Positions 23,433 through 31,087 of a DNA stretch of 32,000 nucleotides are shown one piece after another; position 1 is the stretch's first letter; each line of letters begins with the position of its first letter. This DNA is from Nitrosopumilales archaeon. Lineage in GTDB: Archaea; Thermoproteota; Nitrososphaeria; Nitrososphaerales; Nitrosopumilaceae. A model generated the notes under the pieces. That model ran no database searches, was not told the origin of the DNA, and saw nothing but the letters and a program-made list of their open reading frames with translations. Location of the stretch: NCBI GenBank assembly GCA_007280335.1, contig QYQE01000045.1, positions 12,158 through 44,157 of the forward strand, given 5' to 3'. Both the position numbers and the translations under genes were made by a program.

Positions 23433-25474
23433 TTACGTCTTGCCACTAGCACAACCGTCACAGCAGCAATAATTACTCCAGAAATTATGATTATCTCTTT
23501 TATTGGAACTCCAAAGGTTTCTAGAAATTCAATTCCTTTTTTTGGTGCAGGTTTTTCAACTGAGATAATATCATATGCATTATCAATACCATGAGGCGTG
23601 GTTATTTGAGCTTCAATCCAATATTCGTCTGATTCATAGACTGTAAGTGATGAGGTTTGCTGTGGAACCAGTGACGTACTCTGAATTTGGTCAGAGCCTT
23701 TTTTAATTACAGAAATTTTTGCATAAGACCAGATGTCTGGATAATCAAGGCCAAAAGTTAAGGTTCCGTTATTTTCACTTGTGTTGATTGTACCCTTAGT
23801 TACATGAACCATAACAGGTGCATGATATGTTGTTGTACCGTCATTGATTGCAAGCATTCCATCAAAATCACCAGTTGTGTTTTTTTGCCTTGAAATTTTT
23901 ATGTTTAAAGAATTATTCTCAAGACTAGATTCTAACTTTAGATCATTTTGATCTGAGACAAATTTTGTTTGAACATTTGGTAATGTTCCTTGTATGGTTT
24001 GCAAATGTAGTGATCTTGTTTGATATGGTTTTTCTAAAGAGAGATTGAAGACAAGACTATGTGGAATTATTATTAAATTAGCAGAAAATGCTCTTGTAAT
24101 ATTTAATCTTCCACTCCCTGTGACATCAACAGATTCATCATTTCCATAAGCATCTGTAACAGGATCTGCTGTTGTAGAAAGAAGTGAGGCAACCTCATCA
24201 GGCTTGAGATTTGGATATTTTTGTAACAAAAGGGCCACTGCTCCTGTAACATGCGGTGCTGCAATACTAGTTCCACTTGTTAGGTTGTATGTTCCTCCCA
24301 TGTGGGTGGAATTTACAAACACGCCAGGTGCTACAAGATCAGGCTTGATATAAAATGGTGAAACTGGACCACGAGAACTAAATGGTGCAATAAAATCTGG
24401 ATGACTAAATACATCTAACTTTGCTATTGTTTCATTTTGAAGAGATTTTTTTAATGCAAGCCCGTCACTTTTTGACATTGATATGACTGGTATTGTCAGA
24501 TTGTTATTAGAGGTGGAATTGGGTTGAAAAAGCTCCCCAAAAAATATTCCAGGTTCGTTGTTGTAAACTATGAGAGCTTGGGCACCACCTTGTGCAGCAT
24601 TGCGTTCTTTTTCTGAAAAATAGATCTTCTCTCCTTTGATATCACTGCCTCTTTCTTCAAGCAAGATGGAATCTTTGGCATCGACATTAGCAAGATCTTT
24701 CATTCTACCGTATCCTCCAAAGACAATTTTTCCAGTAATTGGCTTTGATAATGGATTTGTGCCAAGCATTGAAAGCACTTGGTATTGGGTCTTGCCAATT
24801 TCTAGTGTTGAGACAATACTTTGTGTGATATTGTTGTATGTTGCACCAACTGTTATTGTATCTGGATCTTTTCCTGGGCTACCAATGGTGCCATAATCTG
24901 GACCATTATTTCCCGCTGCTACCACAACTATGATTCCATTTTTTACAGCTTCACTAACAGCTTGGTCAATCTCACCATTTGTCTTATTTACACCTAAACT
25001 AATGTTGATTACATTGACCTTGTCTTCAATTGCACGATGAATTGCTTTTACAATAAGATCTGATGATACCGATTCTCCGTTTGATGATACCTTGTATGAA
25101 AATAGCTTTGCCTTTGGTGCCACTCCCTTGAGGCTTCCATCTGCAGCGATTATTCCGGCTACTTCGGTACCGTGACCAGTAGTATCGATTGGTTTGTTGT
25201 CATTATCTACAAAATTGTATCCTCCAACAACCTTGCCGCCAGGACCAAAACCCAAAAGATCTGGATGGTCATAATCTACGCCTGTATCTATTATGCCAAT
25301 TTTGATTCCTTGTCCTTCAAATCCTTGTTCCCTTGGAATCTCAACACCAATCAGCGATGTATTTTTTTCAAGATAAAATTCAATTTTTTGTTCATCCTTT
25401 ATACTTGATACAATAAAGACAGTACATAAAATTACTACAAGAGAAAAGAATACAAATTTGTAATACTTCAACAA
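23429..25474 (-). CDS. Membrane-anchored subtilisin-like (S8) serine protease with PA-domain insert
   Basis: 681 aa. N-terminal signal/anchor (YYKFVFFSLVVILCTVFIVSS). Catalytic Asp (IGIIDTGVDYDHPDL), His (HGTEVAGIIAA) and Ser (SGTSIAAPHVTGAVALL). A PA-like insert lies between His and Ser (GKIVFGG...AQALIVYNNEPG). About 200 aa of beta-rich C-terminal region ends in a TM helix plus RRN. TTG start. Confidence 0.9.
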   Translation of the reverse strand: MLKYYKFVFFSLVVILCTVFIVSSIKDEQKIEFYLEKNTSLIGVEIPREQGFEGQGIKIGIIDTGVDYDHPDLLGFGPGGKVVGGYNFVDNDNKPIDTTGHGTEVAGIIAADGSLKGVAPKAKLFSYKVSSNGESVSSDLIVKAIHRAIEDKVNVINISLGVNKTNGEIDQAVSEAVKNGIIVVVAAGNNGPDYGTIGSPGKDPDTITVGATYNNITQSIVSTLEIGKTQYQVLSMLGTNPLSKPITGKIVFGGYGRMKDLANVDAKDSILLEERGSDIKGEKIYFSEKERNAAQGGAQALIVYNNEPGIFFGELFQPNSTSNNNLTIPVISMSKSDGLALKKSLQNETIAKLDVFSHPDFIAPFSSRGPVSPFYIKPDLVAPGVFVNSTHMGGTYNLTSGTSIAAPHVTGAVALLLQKYPNLKPDEVASLLSTTADPVTDAYGNDESVDVTGSGRLNITRAFSANLIIIPHSLVFNLSLEKPYQTRSLHLQTIQGTLPNVQTKFVSDQNDLKLESSLENNSLNIKISRQKNTTGDFDGMLAINDGTTTYHAPVMVHVTKGTINTSENNGTLTFGLDYPDIWSYAKISVIKKGSDQIQSTSLVPQQTSSLTVYESDEYWIEAQITTPHGIDNAYDIISVEKPAPKKGIEFLETFGVPIKEIIIISGVIIAAVTVVLVARRN

Positions 25475-25517
25475 TTCACATCAAATTTAGTTAGATAAAA
25501 TGCATTTGCAACCAAAG

Positions 25518-25527
25518 CCATAAATTG
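25518..25527 (+). promoter_or_regulatory. TATA-like box for sod
   Basis: CCATAAATTG is centred about 26 nt upstream of ATG 25549. Confidence 0.35.
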
Positions 25528-25548
25528 AATACACACATCACTTCTTAC

Positions 25549-26166
25549 ATGGCAAAATATGAACTTCCAAAATTGCCTTATGCGTACGAAGCACTAGAAC
25601 CTCATATTGATGCAAAGACGATGGAAATTCACTATTCCAAACATCATCAGGCATACACAAACGGTCTGAACACCGCTTTGGAAAGTCTTAGCTCAGAGTT
25701 GCAAAACATGGAACTAACAAAATTGCTCTCAAGCTTAGATAAAGTGACTGAGAATGTCAGGGGTGCAGTTAATTTCCACGGTGGTGGATATGATAACCAC
25801 ACACTATTTTGGAATAACATGAAACCAAATGGTGGAGGAACTCCTGGTGGCAAGGTAGCTGATGCCATCAATTCAGTTTTTGGAAACTTTGATGCATTCA
25901 AAGAAAAATTTTCCAAAGACACTGGTGCAATTCAAGGCAGTGGATGGGGCTGGCTAGCTTACAACTCGCAAAGCAAGAAAGTTGAATTTACAACGATGCC
26001 AAACCAAACTAGCCCTAAAACAAAAGGATTGATTCCTTTGCTAGGACTAGATGTGTGGGAGCATGCCTACTATCTGAAATATCAGAACAAACGTCCAGAT
26101 TACATCGTCGCATGGTGGAACGTAGTAAACTGGGACGAAGTAGAAAATAGACTTTCAAAAGTATAA
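25549..26166 (+). CDS. sod: Fe/Mn-family superoxide dismutase
   Basis: YELPKLPYAYEALEPHIDAKTMEIHYSKHH, NFHGGGYDNHTLFW, LGLDVWEHAYYLKYQN (metal ligands His/His/Asp/His). Start taken at ATG 25549 (MAKYELP); the ORF-track start at 25525 is TTG. Confidence 0.93.
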   Translation: MAKYELPKLPYAYEALEPHIDAKTMEIHYSKHHQAYTNGLNTALESLSSELQNMELTKLLSSLDKVTENVRGAVNFHGGGYDNHTLFWNNMKPNGGGTPGGKVADAINSVFGNFDAFKEKFSKDTGAIQGSGWGWLAYNSQSKKVEFTTMPNQTSPKTKGLIPLLGLDVWEHAYYLKYQNKRPDYIVAWWNVVNWDEVENRLSKV

Positions 26167-26175
26167 CATCTTCTC

Positions 26176-26187
26176 TTTTTTTGTTTT
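26176..26187 (+). terminator. Oligo-T terminator after sod
   Basis: T7-G-T4 tract 10 nt after the sod stop (26164-26166). Archaeal RNAP terminates at oligo-T. Confidence 0.5.
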
Positions 26188-26198
26188 AATCAGAGAAT

Positions 26199-26208
26199 GT
26201 ATTTATAG
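26199..26208 (+). promoter_or_regulatory. TATA-like box for the pfdA-ftsY-argF unit
   Basis: GTATTTATAG is centred about 28 nt upstream of ATG 26232. Confidence 0.35.
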
Positions 26209-26231
26209 CCGGGAAAGAGAATTTTTTGCAA

Positions 26232-26645
26232 ATGAGCGAAGAACAAGCCCAAGCATTGATGCAACAGATGCAGGCACTTGAAGCTTACATGTCAGATCTA
26301 CTGCAAAAAGAAGAAACTGTCATGAAACTTTTACACGAAGCAGTAGGTGCAATAGATTCTATGAAAGCACTAGGTGATACACAACTTGAAACTCTTGTAC
26401 CAGTGGGAATGGGGGCGTATGTAAAAGCAACAATACAACCAAATGAAAAATTGATTGTAAGCATTGGAGCGGGAGCTTCACTTGAACATGATAAAAACTC
26501 TGCAATTAATTATATTGAAGAAAGGATAAAGGAATTGGAAATTGTATTACAACAATTATCTACTCAAAAACATGAGGTTGCAGCAAGACTTGAGCATGGA
26601 CAGCGAGAAATGAATCGTATATTACAAGCAAGTCAAAGTAAGTAG
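26232..26645 (+). CDS. pfdA: Prefoldin alpha subunit
   Basis: Coiled coil, beta hairpins, coiled coil: QQMQALEAYMSDL...ETLVPVGMGAYVKATI...KLIVSIGAGASLE...AINYIEERIKELE. It sits in the conserved archaeal position upstream of ftsY. ATG at 26232. Confidence 0.85.
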   Translation: MSEEQAQALMQQMQALEAYMSDLLQKEETVMKLLHEAVGAIDSMKALGDTQLETLVPVGMGAYVKATIQPNEKLIVSIGAGASLEHDKNSAINYIEERIKELEIVLQQLSTQKHEVAARLEHGQREMNRILQASQSK

Positions 26646-26660
26646 TAAAGGTAAAATATC

Positions 26661-28112
26661 ATGTTTGAAAAACTAAGAAACGCTTTTTCTTCTGCAGCAA
26701 AGAGCTTTGGGCAAAAAGAACTTAAGGAAAAAGACATTGATGCGGTTCTTTTTGAGCTTGAAGTTGCACTGTTAGAATCAGATGTTGCAACAGAAGTAAT
26801 TGATTCATTAAAAAGTGATTTAAAACAGAAACTAATTGGTACTACTGTAGAAAAAGAACAGATAGCAAACATTGTAAAACAAAACTTACGACAACACATC
26901 TCCAACATGTTTGATGCCGCAGGAAAAGTTGACATCCTATCAAACATTGAAAAGAAAAAGAACACAGGCGAGCCATACATAATATCGTTTATGGGAATTA
27001 ACGGAACAGGGAAAACAACAACGGTGGCAAAGGTAGCATATCTTTTGCGAGAGAATAAATTTTCTGTTGTAATAGCTGCAGCTGATACATATCGAGCAGG
27101 AGCAATAGAACAAATAACTGAACATGCAAAGCGACTGAATCTAAAAATTATAGCACAAAACTATGGGTCTGATCCAGCTGCAGTTTCCCGCGATGCAGTA
27201 CTTTATGCTAAATCACACAAGATTGATTGCATCCTAATTGATACTGCCGGAAGAATGCAGACAAGCAAGAATCTCATGGACCAGATATCAAAAATTAACA
27301 AAGTGGTAAATCCTGATTTTAAAATATTTGTTGGTGATTCACTTGCTGGCAATGACACCATAAATCAAGCACGAGAATTTCATCAGTACACCAAATTTGA
27401 AGGCTCTATACTAACAAAAAGCGATGCTGATGCACGGGGAGGTGCGGCAATATCAATAGTAAAGGTCACATCAACTCCAATTTTGTATCTTGGAGTAGGA
27501 CAAGAATACAAAGACTTGAAGCCCTTTGACAAGGACTCATTTTTGGAATCATTGTTTGGCGCAGAAGAAATTTCAATTCTACAACCTGAAATCAAAATAC
27601 CACAAACCCCGATACCTGTACAGCACGAAAATATAGAAAAGCCGAAGATAATAGAAGTAGAACCAGAACCTGAACCAGAATTAAAGCCTGAACTAAAATT
27701 AGAACAAGTTAAACCAATACAAACAGAAAAGTTTGAAGAAAAAATTGAGCAACGAGTTGAACCAAAAGAAATTCCAAAATCAATAGAAAAAGAACAACCA
27801 AAGCCAAAACCTGAAACAAAATCTAAACCTGAAATGAAACAAGAGAAAATTCAGGTTGAAGATGAAGGAGATCCTTTTGCTGGAATTGCAACAAAAGACA
27901 TAGAAAAATTTTCTGATCTATATGATGTATCGCCACCTGAAAATGATAAAGAGGCAAGTGACTTGGCCGCTAAAATCAAAAAATGGATCTCACAAGGAAG
28001 ACCAAAACCAGATGAATTACAAAAAGAACAAGTAATAAAAGAAGAAACAATGGGGCAAGAAGATGTTAAACCTAAAAAGAAGCGCTCCTTATTTGGATGG
28101 GGAAAGAAATGA
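26661..28112 (+). CDS. ftsY: Signal recognition particle receptor FtsY with a long C-terminal charged extension
   Basis: NG domain at aa 1-300: GINGTGKTTT (G1), DTAGR (G3), TKSDAD (G4), GVGQEYKDLKPFDKDSFLESLFG (the normal C-terminal end). This is followed by 183 aa of E/K/P-rich sequence ending in KKKRSLFGWGKK. Confidence 0.92.
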   Translation: MFEKLRNAFSSAAKSFGQKELKEKDIDAVLFELEVALLESDVATEVIDSLKSDLKQKLIGTTVEKEQIANIVKQNLRQHISNMFDAAGKVDILSNIEKKKNTGEPYIISFMGINGTGKTTTVAKVAYLLRENKFSVVIAAADTYRAGAIEQITEHAKRLNLKIIAQNYGSDPAAVSRDAVLYAKSHKIDCILIDTAGRMQTSKNLMDQISKINKVVNPDFKIFVGDSLAGNDTINQAREFHQYTKFEGSILTKSDADARGGAAISIVKVTSTPILYLGVGQEYKDLKPFDKDSFLESLFGAEEISILQPEIKIPQTPIPVQHENIEKPKIIEVEPEPEPELKPELKLEQVKPIQTEKFEEKIEQRVEPKEIPKSIEKEQPKPKPETKSKPEMKQEKIQVEDEGDPFAGIATKDIEKFSDLYDVSPPENDKEASDLAAKIKKWISQGRPKPDELQKEQVIKEETMGQEDVKPKKKRSLFGWGKK

Positions 28113-29023
28113 AATTAAAAACTAAGGACCTCTTAACATTAAATGAACTTAGCAAAAATGAACTAGGCGGAATCATAGATGATGCTATGAAACTAAAAAA
28201 GGATCTCAAGGCAGGAATTTGTAAACCACTTTTAAAAAATAAAACACTGGCAATGATATTTCAAAAACCATCCACGCGTACGCGTGTGAGCTTTGAAACC
28301 GGGATGTTCCAACTAGGGGGTCATGCACTGAGTCTAACTTCCGATGAGTTGCAACTTGCGCGAGGAGAAACAATTGAAGATACATCAAAGACACTTTCAC
28401 GTTATGTTGACATCATGATGGCGCGTGTATACTCACATGAAGAAATAGAAATTCTTGCAAAAAATGCCACCATTCCTGTAATAAATGGTCTGTCTGACTC
28501 TTTCCATCCGTGTCAAATCTTGGCAGACCTTATGACAATAAAAGAAAAGAAGAAAAAACTTAGAGGTCTAAAACTTGCTTGGATTGGAGATGGTAACAAC
28601 GTTTGTAATTCAATGATTTACGGATGTGCTAAATCTGGAATTGATATTAGTATTGCAACTCCTAAAGGATACGAACCAGATTCCAAAGTTATCAAAGAGT
28701 CAAAAGAGTTAGTTGACATTAAACTACTAAATGATCCATTATCAGCTGTTAAAAACGCAGATGTAGTTGCTACTGATACGTTTGTATCAATACATCATCA
28801 GACAACTGACAGAACAAAGGACTTTCTTCCAAAGTTTCAGGTAAACTCCGATCTCATGAAAAAAGCTGATCCACACGCAATCTTTTTGCATTGTCTTCCA
28901 GCAAAACGTGGACAAGAAGTAACAAGCTCTGTAATTGACGGACGACAATCAGTTGTTTGGGATGAAGCTGAAAACAGATTACACGCCCAAAAGGCGTTGA
29001 TGATTGCATTGCTCCAAGTCTAA
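28109..29023 (+). CDS. argF: Ornithine carbamoyltransferase
   Basis: STRTRVSFE (carbamoyl-phosphate binding), SDSFHPCQILADL (HPxQxLAD), FLHCLPA (OTC-specific HCLP). ATG 28109 overlaps the ftsY stop (ATGA). An alternative ATG is at 28097. Confidence 0.9.
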   Translation: MKLKTKDLLTLNELSKNELGGIIDDAMKLKKDLKAGICKPLLKNKTLAMIFQKPSTRTRVSFETGMFQLGGHALSLTSDELQLARGETIEDTSKTLSRYVDIMMARVYSHEEIEILAKNATIPVINGLSDSFHPCQILADLMTIKEKKKKLRGLKLAWIGDGNNVCNSMIYGCAKSGIDISIATPKGYEPDSKVIKESKELVDIKLLNDPLSAVKNADVVATDTFVSIHHQTTDRTKDFLPKFQVNSDLMKKADPHAIFLHCLPAKRGQEVTSSVIDGRQSVVWDEAENRLHAQKALMIALLQV

Positions 29024-29071
29024 CGTTTATAAGAGCTTTACCGAAATTTTTTGTAAAAGAGGTATTAGTAG

Positions 29072-29560
29072 ATGGTATATTCGCAAATATTACGTAGATT
29101 GAGGGAAGAGAAGACCAATTATAGAAAAAGAAAACATCTTCTCATGGGCAGGAGAGACTATATCACAGTTCAAATTTCAAATGAAAATACTCTAGTTCAA
29201 ATTCATAAACCAGAAATGCAAGGTGACAAGGTTTTGGCATCAGCACATTCTCGATATCTTTTAGGTAAAGGATGGAAAGGTTCTAGAAAAAATATTCCGG
29301 CAGCTTATCTGACAGGATATCTTGCAGGAAAAAAGGCTCTTGGTAAAGGAGTAAAAGCTGCTGTTCTTTACAGTGGTACAAGAAAATACACACAACGAAT
29401 GGCAGCGGCATTGAAAGGTGTAATTGATGCAGGTCTTGAAGTGCCAGCTGATTCTGAAACATTTCCAAACGAAGAAAGAATTACAGGAAAACATCTCAAA
29501 GTACAAAACGAAATTAACAAAGTGAAATCTGCAATTGATGGTGAGGTTAAAACTAAATGA
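29072..29560 (+). CDS. rpl18: Ribosomal protein L18 (uL18)
   Basis: 162 aa. RRLREEKTNYRKRKHLL...ITVQISNENTLVQI...AAYLTGYLAGKKAL. GAGGT lies about 10 nt upstream of the ATG. Confidence 0.92.
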   Translation: MVYSQILRRLREEKTNYRKRKHLLMGRRDYITVQISNENTLVQIHKPEMQGDKVLASAHSRYLLGKGWKGSRKNIPAAYLTGYLAGKKALGKGVKAAVLYSGTRKYTQRMAAALKGVIDAGLEVPADSETFPNEERITGKHLKVQNEINKVKSAIDGEVKTK

Positions 29561-30189
29561 GTAGACAAGAACAACGACCAAGAGAAAGAAGAGAACCAGA
29601 AGAACAATGGGTTCCACGAACTACTCTTGGAAAGTTAGTAGAAAGTGGAAAAATCACATCCATGAAAGAAATTTATGAAAATGGTTACAGAATACAAGAA
29701 GCTGGAATTATCAAAAAACTTTTGCCGGGAATTAAAACTGAAGTAATTGATGTTGGAATTGTACAAAAACAAACAACCAACGGTGAATATACTAGATTCA
29801 AAGCTCTAGTTGCAGCTGGAGACGAAAATGGTTGGCTTGGAATTGGTCAAGGTAAATCAAAACAAATGAGAATTGCAATTGAAAAAGCTACAAACGCTGC
29901 ATATCTTGCTGTTAGTCCAGTAAAACTTGGTTGTGGAAGCTGGGAATGCAGATGCGATAATCCACACTCTGTTCCGTTTAAAGTAAGAGGCAGAGGCGGA
30001 AGTGTTGAAATTGAAATTATTCCAGGACCAAGGGGACTTGGATTAGTTGCAGGTGGAAACATTAGAAATCTGTTAAAGCTTGCAGGACTAAAAGACGTCT
30101 GGACAAAAAGCAAGGGTTCTACTAATACGATGACTTCGACATCAAAGGCAGTTCTTAACTGTCTAAGGCAGACATTTAGTCAAGGTTGA
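29557..30189 (+). CDS. rps5: Ribosomal protein S5 (uS5)
   Basis: 210 aa. WVPRTTLGKLV, FKALVAAGDENGWLGIGQGKSK, GPRGLGLVAGG. ATGA overlap with rpl18. Confidence 0.95.
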   Translation: MSRQEQRPRERREPEEQWVPRTTLGKLVESGKITSMKEIYENGYRIQEAGIIKKLLPGIKTEVIDVGIVQKQTTNGEYTRFKALVAAGDENGWLGIGQGKSKQMRIAIEKATNAAYLAVSPVKLGCGSWECRCDNPHSVPFKVRGRGGSVEIEIIPGPRGLGLVAGGNIRNLLKLAGLKDVWTKSKGSTNTMTSTSKAVLNCLRQTFSQG

Positions 30190-30195
30190 TGGTTT

Positions 30196-30663
30196 ATGGC
30201 AAAAGCTTTCTTGGTAGTTCGAATGAAAGGAACAGTAAATACGCCTTACTGGGCAAGGACTACACTTGATCTTCTGCATTTAGACAAAAGATTTAGAGCA
30301 ACAATAATTCCGGCCAAAGATAACACCAAAGGCATGCTGGATAAAATAAAACACTATGTGTCTTGGCAAGAAATTGATGTTCCTACAACAAAAGAACTCT
30401 TAGAAAAGAAGGCACGAAAAGAAGGATACAAGAAACTAACTCCGGAGGATATTGCAAAATTAGGATTCAAAAGTACTGATGATCTAGCCCAGTCATTGGC
30501 AGAAGGCACTGCTACATTATCAAAATTAAAAACGGTAAAACCATGGTTTGCCTTGTCCCCTCCAAGAGGAGGCTTTAAACGAAAAACGAAAAAAATGTAT
30601 GGTGAAGGAGGAATCTTGGGTAACCACAAAGAACTTCTTGCACAAGTGAGGATTATGATGTAA
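30196..30663 (+). CDS. rpl30: Ribosomal protein L30 (uL30)
   Basis: 155 aa. FLVVRMKGTVNTPYWARTTLDLLHLDKRFRATI. Conserved position between S5 and L15. Confidence 0.9.
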   Translation: MAKAFLVVRMKGTVNTPYWARTTLDLLHLDKRFRATIIPAKDNTKGMLDKIKHYVSWQEIDVPTTKELLEKKARKEGYKKLTPEDIAKLGFKSTDDLAQSLAEGTATLSKLKTVKPWFALSPPRGGFKRKTKKMYGEGGILGNHKELLAQVRIMM

Positions 30664-30664
30664 A

Positions 30665-31087
30665 ATGCCAACCAGATTAAGAAAGACACGAAAGTTTAGG
30701 GGAAGCAGATTCCACGGATGGGGACAAATTGGTCAACATAGAGCAAGTGGCCACAAAGGAGGTCTTGGTAGATCTGGCATGCACAAGCATCACTTTATCA
30801 AAATGCTTCTAAATGACCCAGATCATTTTGGTCATGATTCTACTCACCCGCCACATCCATACCTTGTAAAAAAATGGATTAGTGTAAGAGATCTGGACGA
30901 TTTCTTTGCAAAATTTGGAAAGCAAGAAGGAGGAAAAAAAGTAGTCGATCTTGCAGAACTTGGTTATGACAAACTGTTAGGAGGAGGACAAACCAAGAAT
31001 GCTTACATTATCAAAGTAGAGCGATTCTCTGCTTCTGCTGAAGAAAAAATAAAACAAGCTGGTGGCGAGGTGCTTGCAACCGCATGA
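30665..31087 (+). CDS. rpl15: Ribosomal protein L15 (uL15)
   Basis: 140 aa. RKTRKFRGSRFHGWGQIGQHRASGHKGGLG. Conserved position upstream of secY. Confidence 0.92.
   Translation: MPTRLRKTRKFRGSRFHGWGQIGQHRASGHKGGLGRSGMHKHHFIKMLLNDPDHFGHDSTHPPHPYLVKKWISVRDLDDFFAKFGKQEGGKKVVDLAELGYDKLLGGGQTKNAYIIKVERFSASAEEKIKQAGGEVLATA

Noticed and set aside
26633-26980. 115-aa minus-strand ORF over the pfdA/ftsY junction. Similar small ORFs inside ftsY, pckA, the S8 protease, sod, L18, S5, L30 and secY, including 31602-31829.
   Set aside because: All are embedded antisense or out of frame in confidently identified genes. No independent support.
27655-27860. Tandem-repeat or CRISPR-like periodicity (GAACCAGAACCTGAACCAGAA..., AAACCT/AAACCA motifs)
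   Set aside because: It lies in frame within ftsY and encodes EP/KP low-complexity peptide. The short degenerate codon repeats have no spacer/repeat architecture.
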